Origin: Campylobacterota bacterium
Lineage (GTDB): Bacteria; Campylobacterota; Campylobacteria; Campylobacterales; Arcobacteraceae
Direction of reading: 5' to 3'
Assembly (NCBI GenBank): GCA_051746405.1
Contig: JBNJFB010000004.1
Coordinates: 1-64,000 of the forward strand
Length of the DNA stretch: 64,000 nt
This document shows, piece by piece, positions 11,880 through 21,064 of this stretch. The stretch's first letter is position 1; each line of letters opens with the position of its first letter. The notes under the pieces are model-generated. The model searched no databases and had not been told where the DNA came from. It saw only the letters and a program-made list of their open reading frames with translations. The translations under genes and the position numbers were made by a program.

Positions 11880-12434
11880 TTGAGTTTTGAAAAACTTAGT
11901 GAAGATAACAAAAAAACAATATTAAACTCCATTAGAGATGTGCAAGACTTTCCAAAACCTGGTATTGTTTTTAAAGATATTACAACTTTACTAAACAATA
12001 AAGAGGCATTTTGTTTAGTAATGGATCACTTAGAGCAAAGATATAGAAGTTATGAGCTTGATTACATTGCTGGAATTGACTCAAGAGGCTTTATCTTTGG
12101 AGCTGCATTAGCTGATAGATTAAATATTGGTTTTGTACCTGTAAGAAAAAAAGGAAAACTTCCAGGTACTACTGTATGTGAAAAATATGAGTTAGAGTAT
12201 GGGTTTGATGAGGTTGAGCTTCATTTAGATGCATTTGAAAAGAAAAAAAATGCAAGAGTTTTACTTATAGATGATATTGTAGTAAGTGGTGGCACAGCAT
12301 ATGCAGCTGCAAATCTTATAAAAAAATTAGATGTAAATCTAATAGAGATGTGTTTTTTAATGAATATTAGAGTTTTAGATGGTGCTAAAAAACTTAAAGA
12401 AGTTGCACCATTTTATTCAATGCTTGATGTTTAA
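11880..12434 (+). CDS. apt: Adenine phosphoribosyltransferase
   Basis: [34 protein letters not shown]. Confidence 0.95.
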   Translation: MSFEKLSEDNKKTILNSIRDVQDFPKPGIVFKDITTLLNNKEAFCLVMDHLEQRYRSYELDYIAGIDSRGFIFGAALADRLNIGFVPVRKKGKLPGTTVCEKYELEYGFDEVELHLDAFEKKKNARVLLIDDIVVSGGTAYAAANLIKKLDVNLIEMCFLMNIRVLDGAKKLKEVAPFYSMLDV

Positions 12435-12458
12435 TTTATAAATTAAAAAAGAGAGATT

Positions 12459-13667
12459 ATGGAAGATTATATACCAAAAAAAAGTAAATTTGACCCAGAT
12501 GAAAAGGGTCAATTTGGCATCTTTGGAGGTCAGTATGTACCTGAAACATTGATGCCTGCTTTAAAAGAGTTAGAAGAAGAGTATAAAAAATATAGATTTG
12601 ATAAGCAGTTTTGGGCAGAGGTTAATGAGCTTTTAAGAGATTATGTGGGAAGAGAAAATCCTCTTTACTTTGCAAAAAGAGTTAGCAAAGAGTTAAAAGC
12701 AAAAGTCTATTTAAAAAGAGAAGACTTAAATCATACAGGTGCTCATAAAATAAATAATGTAATAGCACAAGGGCTATTAGCAAAAAAACTTAAAAAAACA
12801 AAAATTATAGCTGAAACAGGTGCTGGTCAACATGGCGTTGCAAGTGCTACAATAGCTGCACTTCTTGGTTTAGAGTGTACTATTTTTATGGGTGCAAAAG
12901 ATGTTCAAAGACAGGAATTAAATGTATTTAGAATGAAACTTCTAGGTGCAAAAGTTATACCTGTAAAAAGTGGTAGTAAGACCCTAAAAGATGCTATGAA
13001 TGAAGCAATTAGATATTGGGTTACAAATGCAAGGGATACATTCTATGTAATTGGTACTGTTGCAGGACCCCATCCTTATCCATTAATGGTTAGAGATTTT
13101 CAATCAGTTATAGGATATGAGGCTAGAAAGCAATTTTTACAAAAAGAGAATACTCTTCCTGATTATGTAATAGCTTGTATTGGTGGTGGTTCAAATGCTA
13201 TTGGTATGTTTTCACACTTTTTAGAAGATAAAAAAGTGACTTGTATTGGTATTGAAGCAGGTGGGCTTGGTATTGATACAAACAAGCATGGATGTAGCTT
13301 ACAAAAAGGTAAGCCAGGTATTGTTCATGGGCAGTGTTCTTACTTACTTCAAGATGAGAATGGACAGATTTTAGAAGCACACTCAATGAGTGCAGGACTT
13401 GATTATCCAGGTATTGGTCCAGAACACTCTTTTCATAAAGATGAAGAAAATATTGTTTATGACCATGTAACTGATGATGAAGCTTTGGAAGCTTTTGTAT
13501 GGCTAAGTCAAAAAGAGGGAATAATTCCAGCTTTTGAAACTGCCCATGCACTTGCATATTTAAAGAAAAAACAAGAGATGTTTGAGGGCAAAAGTGTAGT
13601 AGTTAGTCTTTCAGGAAGAGGTGATAAAGATATGATTCAAGCAAAAAGTTTGCTTGACTTTGACTAA
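12459..13667 (+). CDS. trpB: Tryptophan synthase beta subunit
   Basis: [32 protein letters not shown]. Confidence 0.97.
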   Translation: MEDYIPKKSKFDPDEKGQFGIFGGQYVPETLMPALKELEEEYKKYRFDKQFWAEVNELLRDYVGRENPLYFAKRVSKELKAKVYLKREDLNHTGAHKINNVIAQGLLAKKLKKTKIIAETGAGQHGVASATIAALLGLECTIFMGAKDVQRQELNVFRMKLLGAKVIPVKSGSKTLKDAMNEAIRYWVTNARDTFYVIGTVAGPHPYPLMVRDFQSVIGYEARKQFLQKENTLPDYVIACIGGGSNAIGMFSHFLEDKKVTCIGIEAGGLGIDTNKHGCSLQKGKPGIVHGQCSYLLQDENGQILEAHSMSAGLDYPGIGPEHSFHKDEENIVYDHVTDDEALEAFVWLSQKEGIIPAFETAHALAYLKKKQEMFEGKSVVVSLSGRGDKDMIQAKSLLDFD

Positions 13668-13675
13668 GGATTGAA

Positions 13676-14356
13676 ATGCAGGAATTCTTAAAAAAAGTTC
13701 AACCACACTCTGGCAAGATTTTAGCTTTTGTAGTTATAACTTTTTTTTCATTTATTGCTTTTCATTTATATAATGCTCCTGTAACAGGATTTGAAAATAG
13801 ATTTGTTTATTTACTTAAAGAGTATGGCTATGTTATTTTATTTGCATGGGGTATGTTAGAAGGCGAAGCAGGTCTTATAATGGCTGGACTTTTAGCTCAT
13901 ACAGGGGATATGAACCTCTATCTTGCTATTTTTATAGCTGGACTTGGTGGCTTTGCGGGTGACCAGGTCTATTTTTATATTGGAAGATTTAATAAATCCT
14001 ATGTTCATAAGAATTTTAAAAAACAAAGAAGGAAGTTTGCATTAGCTCATTTATTACTAAAAAAGTATGGATGGCCTATAATATTTATTCAAAGATATAT
14101 GTATGGTATGAGAACAATAATACCAATTTCAATAGGTCTTACTAGATATAGTGCTAAGATGTTTGCTTTTATTAATCTTATTAGTGCTTGGTGTTGGGCC
14201 GCACTTACTATTGTGCCTGTTTGGTATTTTGGAAAAGAGATTTTAGAAGTACTTACTTGGGCAAAAGAGCATTGGTATTTCGCTGTGCCATTTGCAGTTT
14301 TATTTGGTGGAAGTATTATATACTATTTTAATAAAGCTACAAAAAAATATAATTAA
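13676..14356 (+). CDS. DedA family membrane protein
   Basis: LEGEAGLIMAG, GDQVYFYIGR, RYMYGMR. Confidence 0.9.
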   Translation: MQEFLKKVQPHSGKILAFVVITFFSFIAFHLYNAPVTGFENRFVYLLKEYGYVILFAWGMLEGEAGLIMAGLLAHTGDMNLYLAIFIAGLGGFAGDQVYFYIGRFNKSYVHKNFKKQRRKFALAHLLLKKYGWPIIFIQRYMYGMRTIIPISIGLTRYSAKMFAFINLISAWCWAALTIVPVWYFGKEILEVLTWAKEHWYFAVPFAVLFGGSIIYYFNKATKKYN

Positions 14357-14369
14357 GAAAGGATAGATT

Positions 14370-15782
14370 TTGAAAATTACATTAAATTCAAAAGATTTTA
14401 AAGATATAAGTTCAGATTTAGAAATAGTTTTAATAAATGATTTAGACAAGTGTGAAGATGAACAGGTTTTAGAGAGTTTAGATTTTAAAGCAACAGATGA
14501 GGCTTGTGTTTTATTGCCTGAGCTAAAAAAACTTTATGTGGCATACGAAGATGAGACTTATGATAGCTTAGCTGTAGCTATAGCTACAGGTATAAAAAAG
14601 TTTCAATCAACAAATTTCAAAACTGCAAAAGTTAATTTAAAAGATAAATTTGAGGATAATATCAAAGCATTAGTTGAAGGTGCTATTTTAGGTTCATATA
14701 AGTTTGATACTTATAAATCAGATAAAAAAGAGAAAAAGAAGCAAGAGTTAACTTTAGTAGTTGGTGATGAAAAAGAGTATAAAAGCTTATTAAAAGAGTC
14801 AAAAACTATTGCAAAAGCTGTAAATAAAGTAAGAGATATGGTAAATACTCCTGCAAGTGATTTTTATCCTGAAGTTATGGCTAATTTAGCAAAAGAGTTA
14901 GCAAGTGATGTTAGTATTGATTGTAAAACTCACTCTGAAAAATTTTTAGAAAATAATCATATGAATACAATGTTAAGTGTAGGACGAGCATCTATTCATG
15001 AGTCACACTTAATTCATATGAGTTACAAACCTGAAAATCCAAAGAAAAAAATTGTGCTTGTAGGTAAGGGGCTTACTTATGACTCAGGTGGATTATCTTT
15101 AAAACCTGCAAACTTTATGACTACAATGAAATCTGACAAAGCAGGTGGTTGTGCAGTTATGGCAACATTGTGGGCAGTTGCTAAGTTAAAACTACCTTTT
15201 GAGGTTCACGGTATAGTAGGAGCTGTTGAAAATATGATTGGTGGAGATGCCTATAAGCCTGATGATGTACTAACAGCTAAAAATGGTAAGACTATAGAAG
15301 TTAAGAATACAGACGCAGAGGGAAGATTAGTTCTTGCAGATTGTTTATGTTATGCTCAAGATGAGATTGAAGATATTGATTATATATTTGACTATGCAAC
15401 ACTTACAGGAGCAAGCGTTGTAGGTGTTGGTGAATATACTACAACAATTATGGGAAATAGTGAAGAGCTAAAAGAACAAGCAGTTGTAAACTCAGTAAAA
15501 GCAGGTGAATATGCTACTAAACTTGACTTTAATAGATTTCTGAAAAAAACATTAAAGTCTGAAGTTGCTGATATAAGTAATATAGCAAGCTCTAGGTATG
15601 GTGGAGCTATAACAGCTGGAATGTTTTTAGATAATTTTATCTGCGAAGAGAACAAAGACAAATGGCTTCATTTTGATATAGCAGGACCTGGTTTTGTTGA
15701 ACACTCATGGGGATATAATCCATATGGTGGTTCAGGTGCAGGTGTTAGAATGACAATAGAGTTTTTAAAAAATCTAAAATAA
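14370..15782 (+). CDS. pepA: Leucyl aminopeptidase (M17)
   Basis: VGKGLTYDSGGLSLK, NTDAEGRLVLAD, HFDIAG. Confidence 0.96.
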   Translation: MKITLNSKDFKDISSDLEIVLINDLDKCEDEQVLESLDFKATDEACVLLPELKKLYVAYEDETYDSLAVAIATGIKKFQSTNFKTAKVNLKDKFEDNIKALVEGAILGSYKFDTYKSDKKEKKKQELTLVVGDEKEYKSLLKESKTIAKAVNKVRDMVNTPASDFYPEVMANLAKELASDVSIDCKTHSEKFLENNHMNTMLSVGRASIHESHLIHMSYKPENPKKKIVLVGKGLTYDSGGLSLKPANFMTTMKSDKAGGCAVMATLWAVAKLKLPFEVHGIVGAVENMIGGDAYKPDDVLTAKNGKTIEVKNTDAEGRLVLADCLCYAQDEIEDIDYIFDYATLTGASVVGVGEYTTTIMGNSEELKEQAVVNSVKAGEYATKLDFNRFLKKTLKSEVADISNIASSRYGGAITAGMFLDNFICEENKDKWLHFDIAGPGFVEHSWGYNPYGGSGAGVRMTIEFLKNLK

Positions 15783-15787
15783 TATAA

Positions 15788-15815
15788 AACAAGACACAAT
15801 AAGAAGTGTCTTGTT
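15788..15815. terminator. Probable bidirectional terminator hairpin between convergent pepA and the ligase gene
   Basis: AACAAGACAC-8nt-GTGTCTTGTT perfect 10-bp inverted repeat. Confidence 0.7.
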
Positions 15816-16617
15816 AATCTTCTTTTCTAACTCTTAAAAATGATGCAAATTTTGGTTTTTTATATTTTGTTAGTCCATAAAATTTAAAAGTTACTATATC
15901 TCCTACTTTTGGGTGATTTTTTCTTTGTTGGTTTGTAAAGCCTGTCCCTAAATTAAATATAACTCCATTTTTAAGCTTAACTTTTAGACTTTTAAAGTCG
16001 CCGTTTGAATGTCTGTTTATCCCTATGACAACAGCTTCATCATCAAAGAATTTTTTAACTTTTAAGATATTGCTATTTCTTCCTGTAAAGTATGATAGGT
16101 TTGGATTTTTTAATATAATCCCTTCAGCTTTTTTATTTACTAATTCATTTAAATAAGTTTCTAGATGTTTTTTATTTTGACAGACTATTTGAGAAATTAC
16201 ATTTAGGTGGCTTGTTGGATGTTCTTTTAACCAAAGCTTTAGTTTATTTAACCTTTTTGCAAAATTACCTTTTGCATTTGGTACTTCAAATATATTATAA
16301 CTTATCTTTTTCCAGTTTTTTGAAGGAGTTTTGTCTAAGACAATACTTTGTATAGTTTCAAAATCATTTCGTTTTGTCCATAGTTCACCATCTAGACTAA
16401 ACTTAGGTAAACTTTTTATAAACCAAGAAGGGGCATAAATTTTATTTCCATTTTTACTTAAAAGCTCTTTTCCATTCCAAAATGCTCTAATACCATCTAA
16501 TTTCTCACTCATATACCAACCTTTGATATCCATATTTTTTTTATACACCTTTGGTTTTTGTATATCTAACGAAAAACTTACTGTGATAGTAAATATTATT
16601 ATAAATAAAAATCTCAT
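15814..16617 (-). CDS. Minimal ATP-dependent DNA ligase with N-terminal signal peptide (Lig E type)
   Basis: SEKLDGIRA motif I, LDGELW, EGIIL, LKVK, OB domain with GTGF; hydrophobic N-terminal leader. Confidence 0.9.
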   Translation of the reverse strand: MRFLFIIIFTITVSFSLDIQKPKVYKKNMDIKGWYMSEKLDGIRAFWNGKELLSKNGNKIYAPSWFIKSLPKFSLDGELWTKRNDFETIQSIVLDKTPSKNWKKISYNIFEVPNAKGNFAKRLNKLKLWLKEHPTSHLNVISQIVCQNKKHLETYLNELVNKKAEGIILKNPNLSYFTGRNSNILKVKKFFDDEAVVIGINRHSNGDFKSLKVKLKNGVIFNLGTGFTNQQRKNHPKVGDIVTFKFYGLTKYKKPKFASFLRVRKED

Positions 16618-16753
16618 ACTATACCTTTTTAATTAGTTATTTAATTATAGTTTGATGTGACCAAAAGTTAGCTTTATCAATTGTACATAATATTTTTTTG
16701 GGTACTATATAAAAAAAGAACGTATTAATAGAAAATATTTAAAAGGTACTTTC

Positions 16754-16897
16754 TTGTTATTAGACAATGAAAACAACAATAAAAAAGTTTATGAAATTGG
16801 TTCAAAACATTAGACACTTAGATTCTGAAAAACAAAATACAAAATTTGTGAACTTATAGAAGATGAGATAAAAATAGTTGAGGATAGTATCAAGTGA
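16754..16897 (+). pseudogene. Probable deletion scar: start of a helicase-like gene joined to the end of a type IIG restriction-modification gene
   Basis: AAAAGG RBS + TTG MLLDNENNNKKVYE..; separate frame ..YKICELIEDEIKIVEDSIK* whose TGA overlaps the next GTG start. Family resemblance is recalled, not searched. Confidence 0.45.
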
Positions 16898-17610
16898 TAA
16901 AAATTATAAATTTCTTTTTTTACATATTTTGGATCATTGCATTTGGTCTATTTTTATATTTTGGATATAGACTTGTAGTTTGTAATAGTACAGAAATTGC
17001 AGCTCCATTTGGAATTTTATTATCTGCACTATTAGCATCAACAGCAGTATTGAAAACAATCTCAAAAAGTCAGGAAGTTAGTCAAAAAAAAGAGAAGTAT
17101 GACAAATCAGAATTCTATATGAATAAGTCAATTGAAGGTCTTAATCAAGTATTTGAGTTGTTAAAAGACTTAAATAATAATAGAGTTGTTTGGATTCAAG
17201 CAGCTAGAGTTTTAGATAAAACTCTAGAATTGTCAAATTTTATTACAGAAGAAAATCATAAAAAAGTATTTGAACTTCAAAGATTTATGATAAAAAATAA
17301 CTTATCAAAACTATTTAATGAAGTTGATGGTCAATCTTATGGTTTACCGTTATCATTTTTTGCTGGTTTAGAAAATTGGAAAAATGAAAAAGACAGTGAA
17401 GCAATAAATGAGCTAAAAAGAATTACTATACAAAATCAACTAAATCCTGAAAGTGTAATAGCAATATTTAAATTTTTAAAATTTGAAGATGATTATGTGG
17501 ATCCCTTAGATGATAACTCAGTACCATTAAATGATAATGAAGCTAAAAGAATTGCACCAACAATACCAGCAATTAAAGAGTATTTAGGACAAGAAAGACT
17601 AAAACGATAA
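16894..17610 (+). CDS. Hypothetical protein with two N-terminal hydrophobic segments
   Basis: 238-aa ORF; no family recognised. Confidence 0.75.
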   Translation: MIKIINFFFYIFWIIAFGLFLYFGYRLVVCNSTEIAAPFGILLSALLASTAVLKTISKSQEVSQKKEKYDKSEFYMNKSIEGLNQVFELLKDLNNNRVVWIQAARVLDKTLELSNFITEENHKKVFELQRFMIKNNLSKLFNEVDGQSYGLPLSFFAGLENWKNEKDSEAINELKRITIQNQLNPESVIAIFKFLKFEDDYVDPLDDNSVPLNDNEAKRIAPTIPAIKEYLGQERLKR

Positions 17611-17624
17611 AAATATAAAAGAGG

Positions 17625-18307
17625 GTGATTATGAACTATAAAATATTTTGTGATGAGAGCTGTCATTTACAAAATGACGGATGGGATAGTATGACACTTG
17701 GGGCTTTAAACTGCCCAAATAATGATTATGAAAAAATCAAAGAAGATATCAAATCTATTAAATTAAAACATCATACTCCATTTGAGATCAAATGGACAAA
17801 ACTATCAAGAAGTAGAATTAAGCTATATAAAGAGCTTATAGATTATTTTGTAGAGTCTTCACTGACATTTAGGGTAGTTATGGTAATAAATAAACAAGAC
17901 CTAGAACATCATAAATTCAATCAAACCCATAGTGACTTTTACTATAAGACTTATTATTTAGTGCTAAAAAATATTATGAATCCAAAAGATGATTTTAAAG
18001 TCTATATGGATATAAAAGATACTAGAGGAAAAGTTGCCCTCGATGAGATCACAAAAGTATTTGAAAAATCTAATGAACTGCCAACTCCTTTTATGCAACA
18101 TATCAGATCAGATGAATCACAACTTTTACAACTCTCAGATATACTCACAGGTGCAGTATCATATAAAATAAGAGGTTTAAAAAGTAGCTCACTAAAAATG
18201 GAATTAGTACACTATATCGAACAAAACTAGGTATCACACTCAATACAACATCAACTTTAGGTTACACTAAATTTAATAGATTTATCCAAGATCCTCAAAA
18301 GGTATAA
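17625..18307 (+). CDS. DUF3800-like (RlfA-like, predicted RNase H fold) protein; apparent 1-nt frameshift near the 3' end (in-frame stop at 18230)
   Basis: IFCDESCHL N-terminal motif, EIKW, YMD, IRSDESQLLQLSDILTGAV. The alternative frame continues KLGITLNTTSTLGYTKFNRFIQDPQKV* to 18307. Confidence 0.8.
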
Positions 18308-18309
18308 TT

Positions 18310-18852
18310 GTGAATGAACTACCTTTAGTACTAAGTGATGAAACAAAATGCAATAGCAAAGACATAGAAGCATTATTTGAAATATTTAAAAATGACTTTA
18401 TCGATGGAGTAGCTATTTTAAATCTCGATAAAGCAGACTATACTATTACTGTCAAGCCAGATATTTGTTGTGATTGTCCATATCAAAAAGATAAAAAGCC
18501 TGAAAGATTTTGGCATATCATCACAAAAAAAGAGTTTGATACAAAAAAGAAAAACAATCCTTGTCCTGAAGATAAAGAAAAAAATAGAGCTTATGATGTT
18601 GCTAGAGCTAAAAGGATACATTGGATTAAACAAACTATTGAGAATATAGATGAAGAACATATCAAATATTTTTGTGAGGGTGGTAAACAACTTACACATT
18701 TTTTGTGGGATACAAAAAGATTCTATATAGTACTTATAAAACATTTAGGGAAAAGTAAAAATTTACTCGTAACAGCTTTCCCAGTTCATCAAAATAAATA
18801 CAGAGACTATAAAGCAAGATTGAAAAAGTATAAAAAGAAAATGAAATTGTAA
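18310..18852 (+). CDS. Hypothetical protein, RlfB-like, putative BECR-fold RNase
   Basis: ERFWHIIT, RAKRIHWIKQTIE, YIVLIK..LLVTAFP and a basic C-terminal helix; AAAAGG RBS before the GTG start. Confidence 0.6.
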   Translation: MNELPLVLSDETKCNSKDIEALFEIFKNDFIDGVAILNLDKADYTITVKPDICCDCPYQKDKKPERFWHIITKKEFDTKKKNNPCPEDKEKNRAYDVARAKRIHWIKQTIENIDEEHIKYFCEGGKQLTHFLWDTKRFYIVLIKHLGKSKNLLVTAFPVHQNKYRDYKARLKKYKKKMKL

Positions 18853-18945
18853 CACCGCCTTGATTCGGCTGTGCGGTGTATCAGCCACCTGCGGGTGAAT
18901 ATCTATAGAGACACTCCCCTATACCATTTGGTATATCAAGATGAT
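18852..18945 (-). ncRNA. Candidate structured, pseudoknotted ncRNA convergent with the DUF3800 operon
   Basis: GC-rich patch with stems 18852-58/18873-79, 18886-89/18894-97 and 18920-25/18930-35; the terminal loop is complementary to 18882-86 and 18935-40; minus-strand -10-like TATATT/TAAAAT at 18948-58. Confidence 0.7.
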
Positions 18946-19063
18946 TTATTTTAATATACTTATGTTTAATTTTTAATAAAAAAGGTTTTATCTCTCTTTT
19001 TGGCTTTTTTGTTTATAATGAGATTATAAAAAACAAATTTAAATATTATAAAAAAGGAATTAA

Positions 19064-20167
19064 ATGGGATTAGGCGTAGGTATCGTAGGACTTCCAAACG
19101 TAGGTAAATCAACAACTTTTAATGCTTTAACAAAAGCTCAAAATGCAGAGGCACAGAACTATCCATTTTGTACTATTGAACCAAATAAAGCAGTTGTTCC
19201 AGTACCTGATAAGAGACTTGAAGAGTTAGCAAAAATTGTTGACCCAAATAAAATTCAACATTCAACTATTGATTTTGTGGATATAGCTGGACTTGTTAGA
19301 GGTGCTTCAAAAGGTGAGGGGCTTGGAAATCAGTTTTTATCAAATATTAGAGAAGTAGAAGTTATTTTACATATGGTTAGGTGTTTTGATGATGGAAATG
19401 TAACTCATGTTGAGGGTGATGTTGATCCAATAAGAGATATTGAGATTATTGAAACAGAGTTGATTTATGCAGATATTTCTCAATGTGAAAAGAAAATAGA
19501 GAAGCTTAAAAAGCAAGCAAAAGGTTCAAAAGAGTCAGCTGCAATGCTTGTAGTAGCTCAAAGCTTAATGGATCATTTAGCAGAGTTACAGCCTGTGAAA
19601 ACTTTTGAAGATAGTGAAAATGAACTATTTATCAAAATGGATAAAGAGTTAAGGTTTTTATCAAATAAAGATGTAATTTATGGGGCTAATTTAGATGAAG
19701 ACTCTTTGATGGAAGGTACAAATGATTATGTGGAAGCATTAAAAGAGCATGCAGCAACTGTTGATGCAGATGTGATTACACTTTGTGCTAAAATAGAAGA
19801 AGAGCTTGTTGGTATGGATGATGAAGAAGCAAAAGAGTTGCTAACTGATTTAGGTGTTGAAGAGTCAGGACTTGAGCAAATCATTCAAAAGTCATTTGAA
19901 AAGCTTGGACTTATGAGTTATTTTACAGCTGGGAAAATTGAAGTTAGAGCATGGACTATTAAGCAAAATACAAAAGCACCACAAGCAGCTGCTGTTATTC
20001 ATAATGACTTTGAAAAAGGTTTTATTAAAGCAGAAGTTATATCATATGATGATTTTATTGAAAATGGTGGGGAAGCTAAATGTAAAGAAACAGGTAAGTT
20101 AAGACTTGAGGGTAAAGATTATATTGTACAAGATGGTGATGTTATGCACTTTAGATTTAATACATAA
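19064..20167 (+). CDS. ychF: Redox-regulated ribosome-binding ATPase YchF
   Basis: GLPNVGKST, NYPFCTIEPN, DIAGLV, C-terminal TGS domain. Confidence 0.98.
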   Translation: MGLGVGIVGLPNVGKSTTFNALTKAQNAEAQNYPFCTIEPNKAVVPVPDKRLEELAKIVDPNKIQHSTIDFVDIAGLVRGASKGEGLGNQFLSNIREVEVILHMVRCFDDGNVTHVEGDVDPIRDIEIIETELIYADISQCEKKIEKLKKQAKGSKESAAMLVVAQSLMDHLAELQPVKTFEDSENELFIKMDKELRFLSNKDVIYGANLDEDSLMEGTNDYVEALKEHAATVDADVITLCAKIEEELVGMDDEEAKELLTDLGVEESGLEQIIQKSFEKLGLMSYFTAGKIEVRAWTIKQNTKAPQAAAVIHNDFEKGFIKAEVISYDDFIENGGEAKCKETGKLRLEGKDYIVQDGDVMHFRFNT

Positions 20168-20218
20168 TTGATTTAGATTTTGATATGATTAAAAATATTT
20201 ATTAGCAGGAGTTAAACT

Positions 20219-21040
20219 TTGTCATCTATTAGCATTTTAGAAAAAATTGAGTCATTGCCGCCACTTCCTAAAACTATTCAAGAGATTGAAGAGTTTAGGA
20301 AAAAAAGTGATAAAGAGGCTTTTGAATTATTACAAATAATTGAAAAAGATGCCTTGATTATATCAACTCTTTTAAAAATTTCAAACTCAGCTATGTTTGG
20401 GTTTAGATCAAAAGTTGAAACTCCAAGTAGGGCTATAAATCTACTTGGTATTAACTTTACAATTTCCATTGCAATTGGTGGAACTGTACAAAACTTACTT
20501 ATGTCAAATCTTGAGCCATATGGTATTAATAGTGATGATTTTATGAGGGCTTCTAATATGTCTTCTACATTAACTAATCTGTGGGTTTCAAGGTTTGATT
20601 ATGATTTAAAAGAGGAGTTACTTTTACCTGCTTTATTACAAGAAGCAGGGAAGTTTATTTTAGCAGATATTATTGCAACTGATAAAAAAACAGATGTTTT
20701 TAAGCAGTTATTAGCAGAAGGAAAATCAATACCAGAAGCTGAAAAAGAGTTAGTTGGGTTAACTACTTCAGAAATTACTGCAAAAATATTTAGACACTGG
20801 AAATTAAGTGATAAATTAGTAAATATTATTGAGTATGTTGATCATATATCAAAATGTGATGACAATATTAAGCAAAAAGCTCAAATATTAGATGTTATTA
20901 AAACAGCTTGTTGTGTTACTGACCCATTAAGTGATGAAAATGCACAAAAAGCTATGCAAAAAGCTAAAGATTATGGATTGCATACAAAATCATTAAGTAA
21001 AGCAATTGAGACTTTGCAAGATAGACTATTAGATGAGTAA
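20219..21040 (+). CDS. HDOD domain protein
   Basis: LPPLP, IEKD..LLKISNSAMFG, AINLLG, HWKL. Confidence 0.9.
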   Translation: MSSISILEKIESLPPLPKTIQEIEEFRKKSDKEAFELLQIIEKDALIISTLLKISNSAMFGFRSKVETPSRAINLLGINFTISIAIGGTVQNLLMSNLEPYGINSDDFMRASNMSSTLTNLWVSRFDYDLKEELLLPALLQEAGKFILADIIATDKKTDVFKQLLAEGKSIPEAEKELVGLTTSEITAKIFRHWKLSDKLVNIIEYVDHISKCDDNIKQKAQILDVIKTACCVTDPLSDENAQKAMQKAKDYGLHTKSLSKAIETLQDRLLDE

Positions 21041-21064
21041 CAAATAAGGTTTTTACCTTATTTG
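21041..21064. terminator. Probable bidirectional terminator hairpin
   Basis: CAAATAAGGT-TTTT-ACCTTATTTG between convergent genes. Confidence 0.7.
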
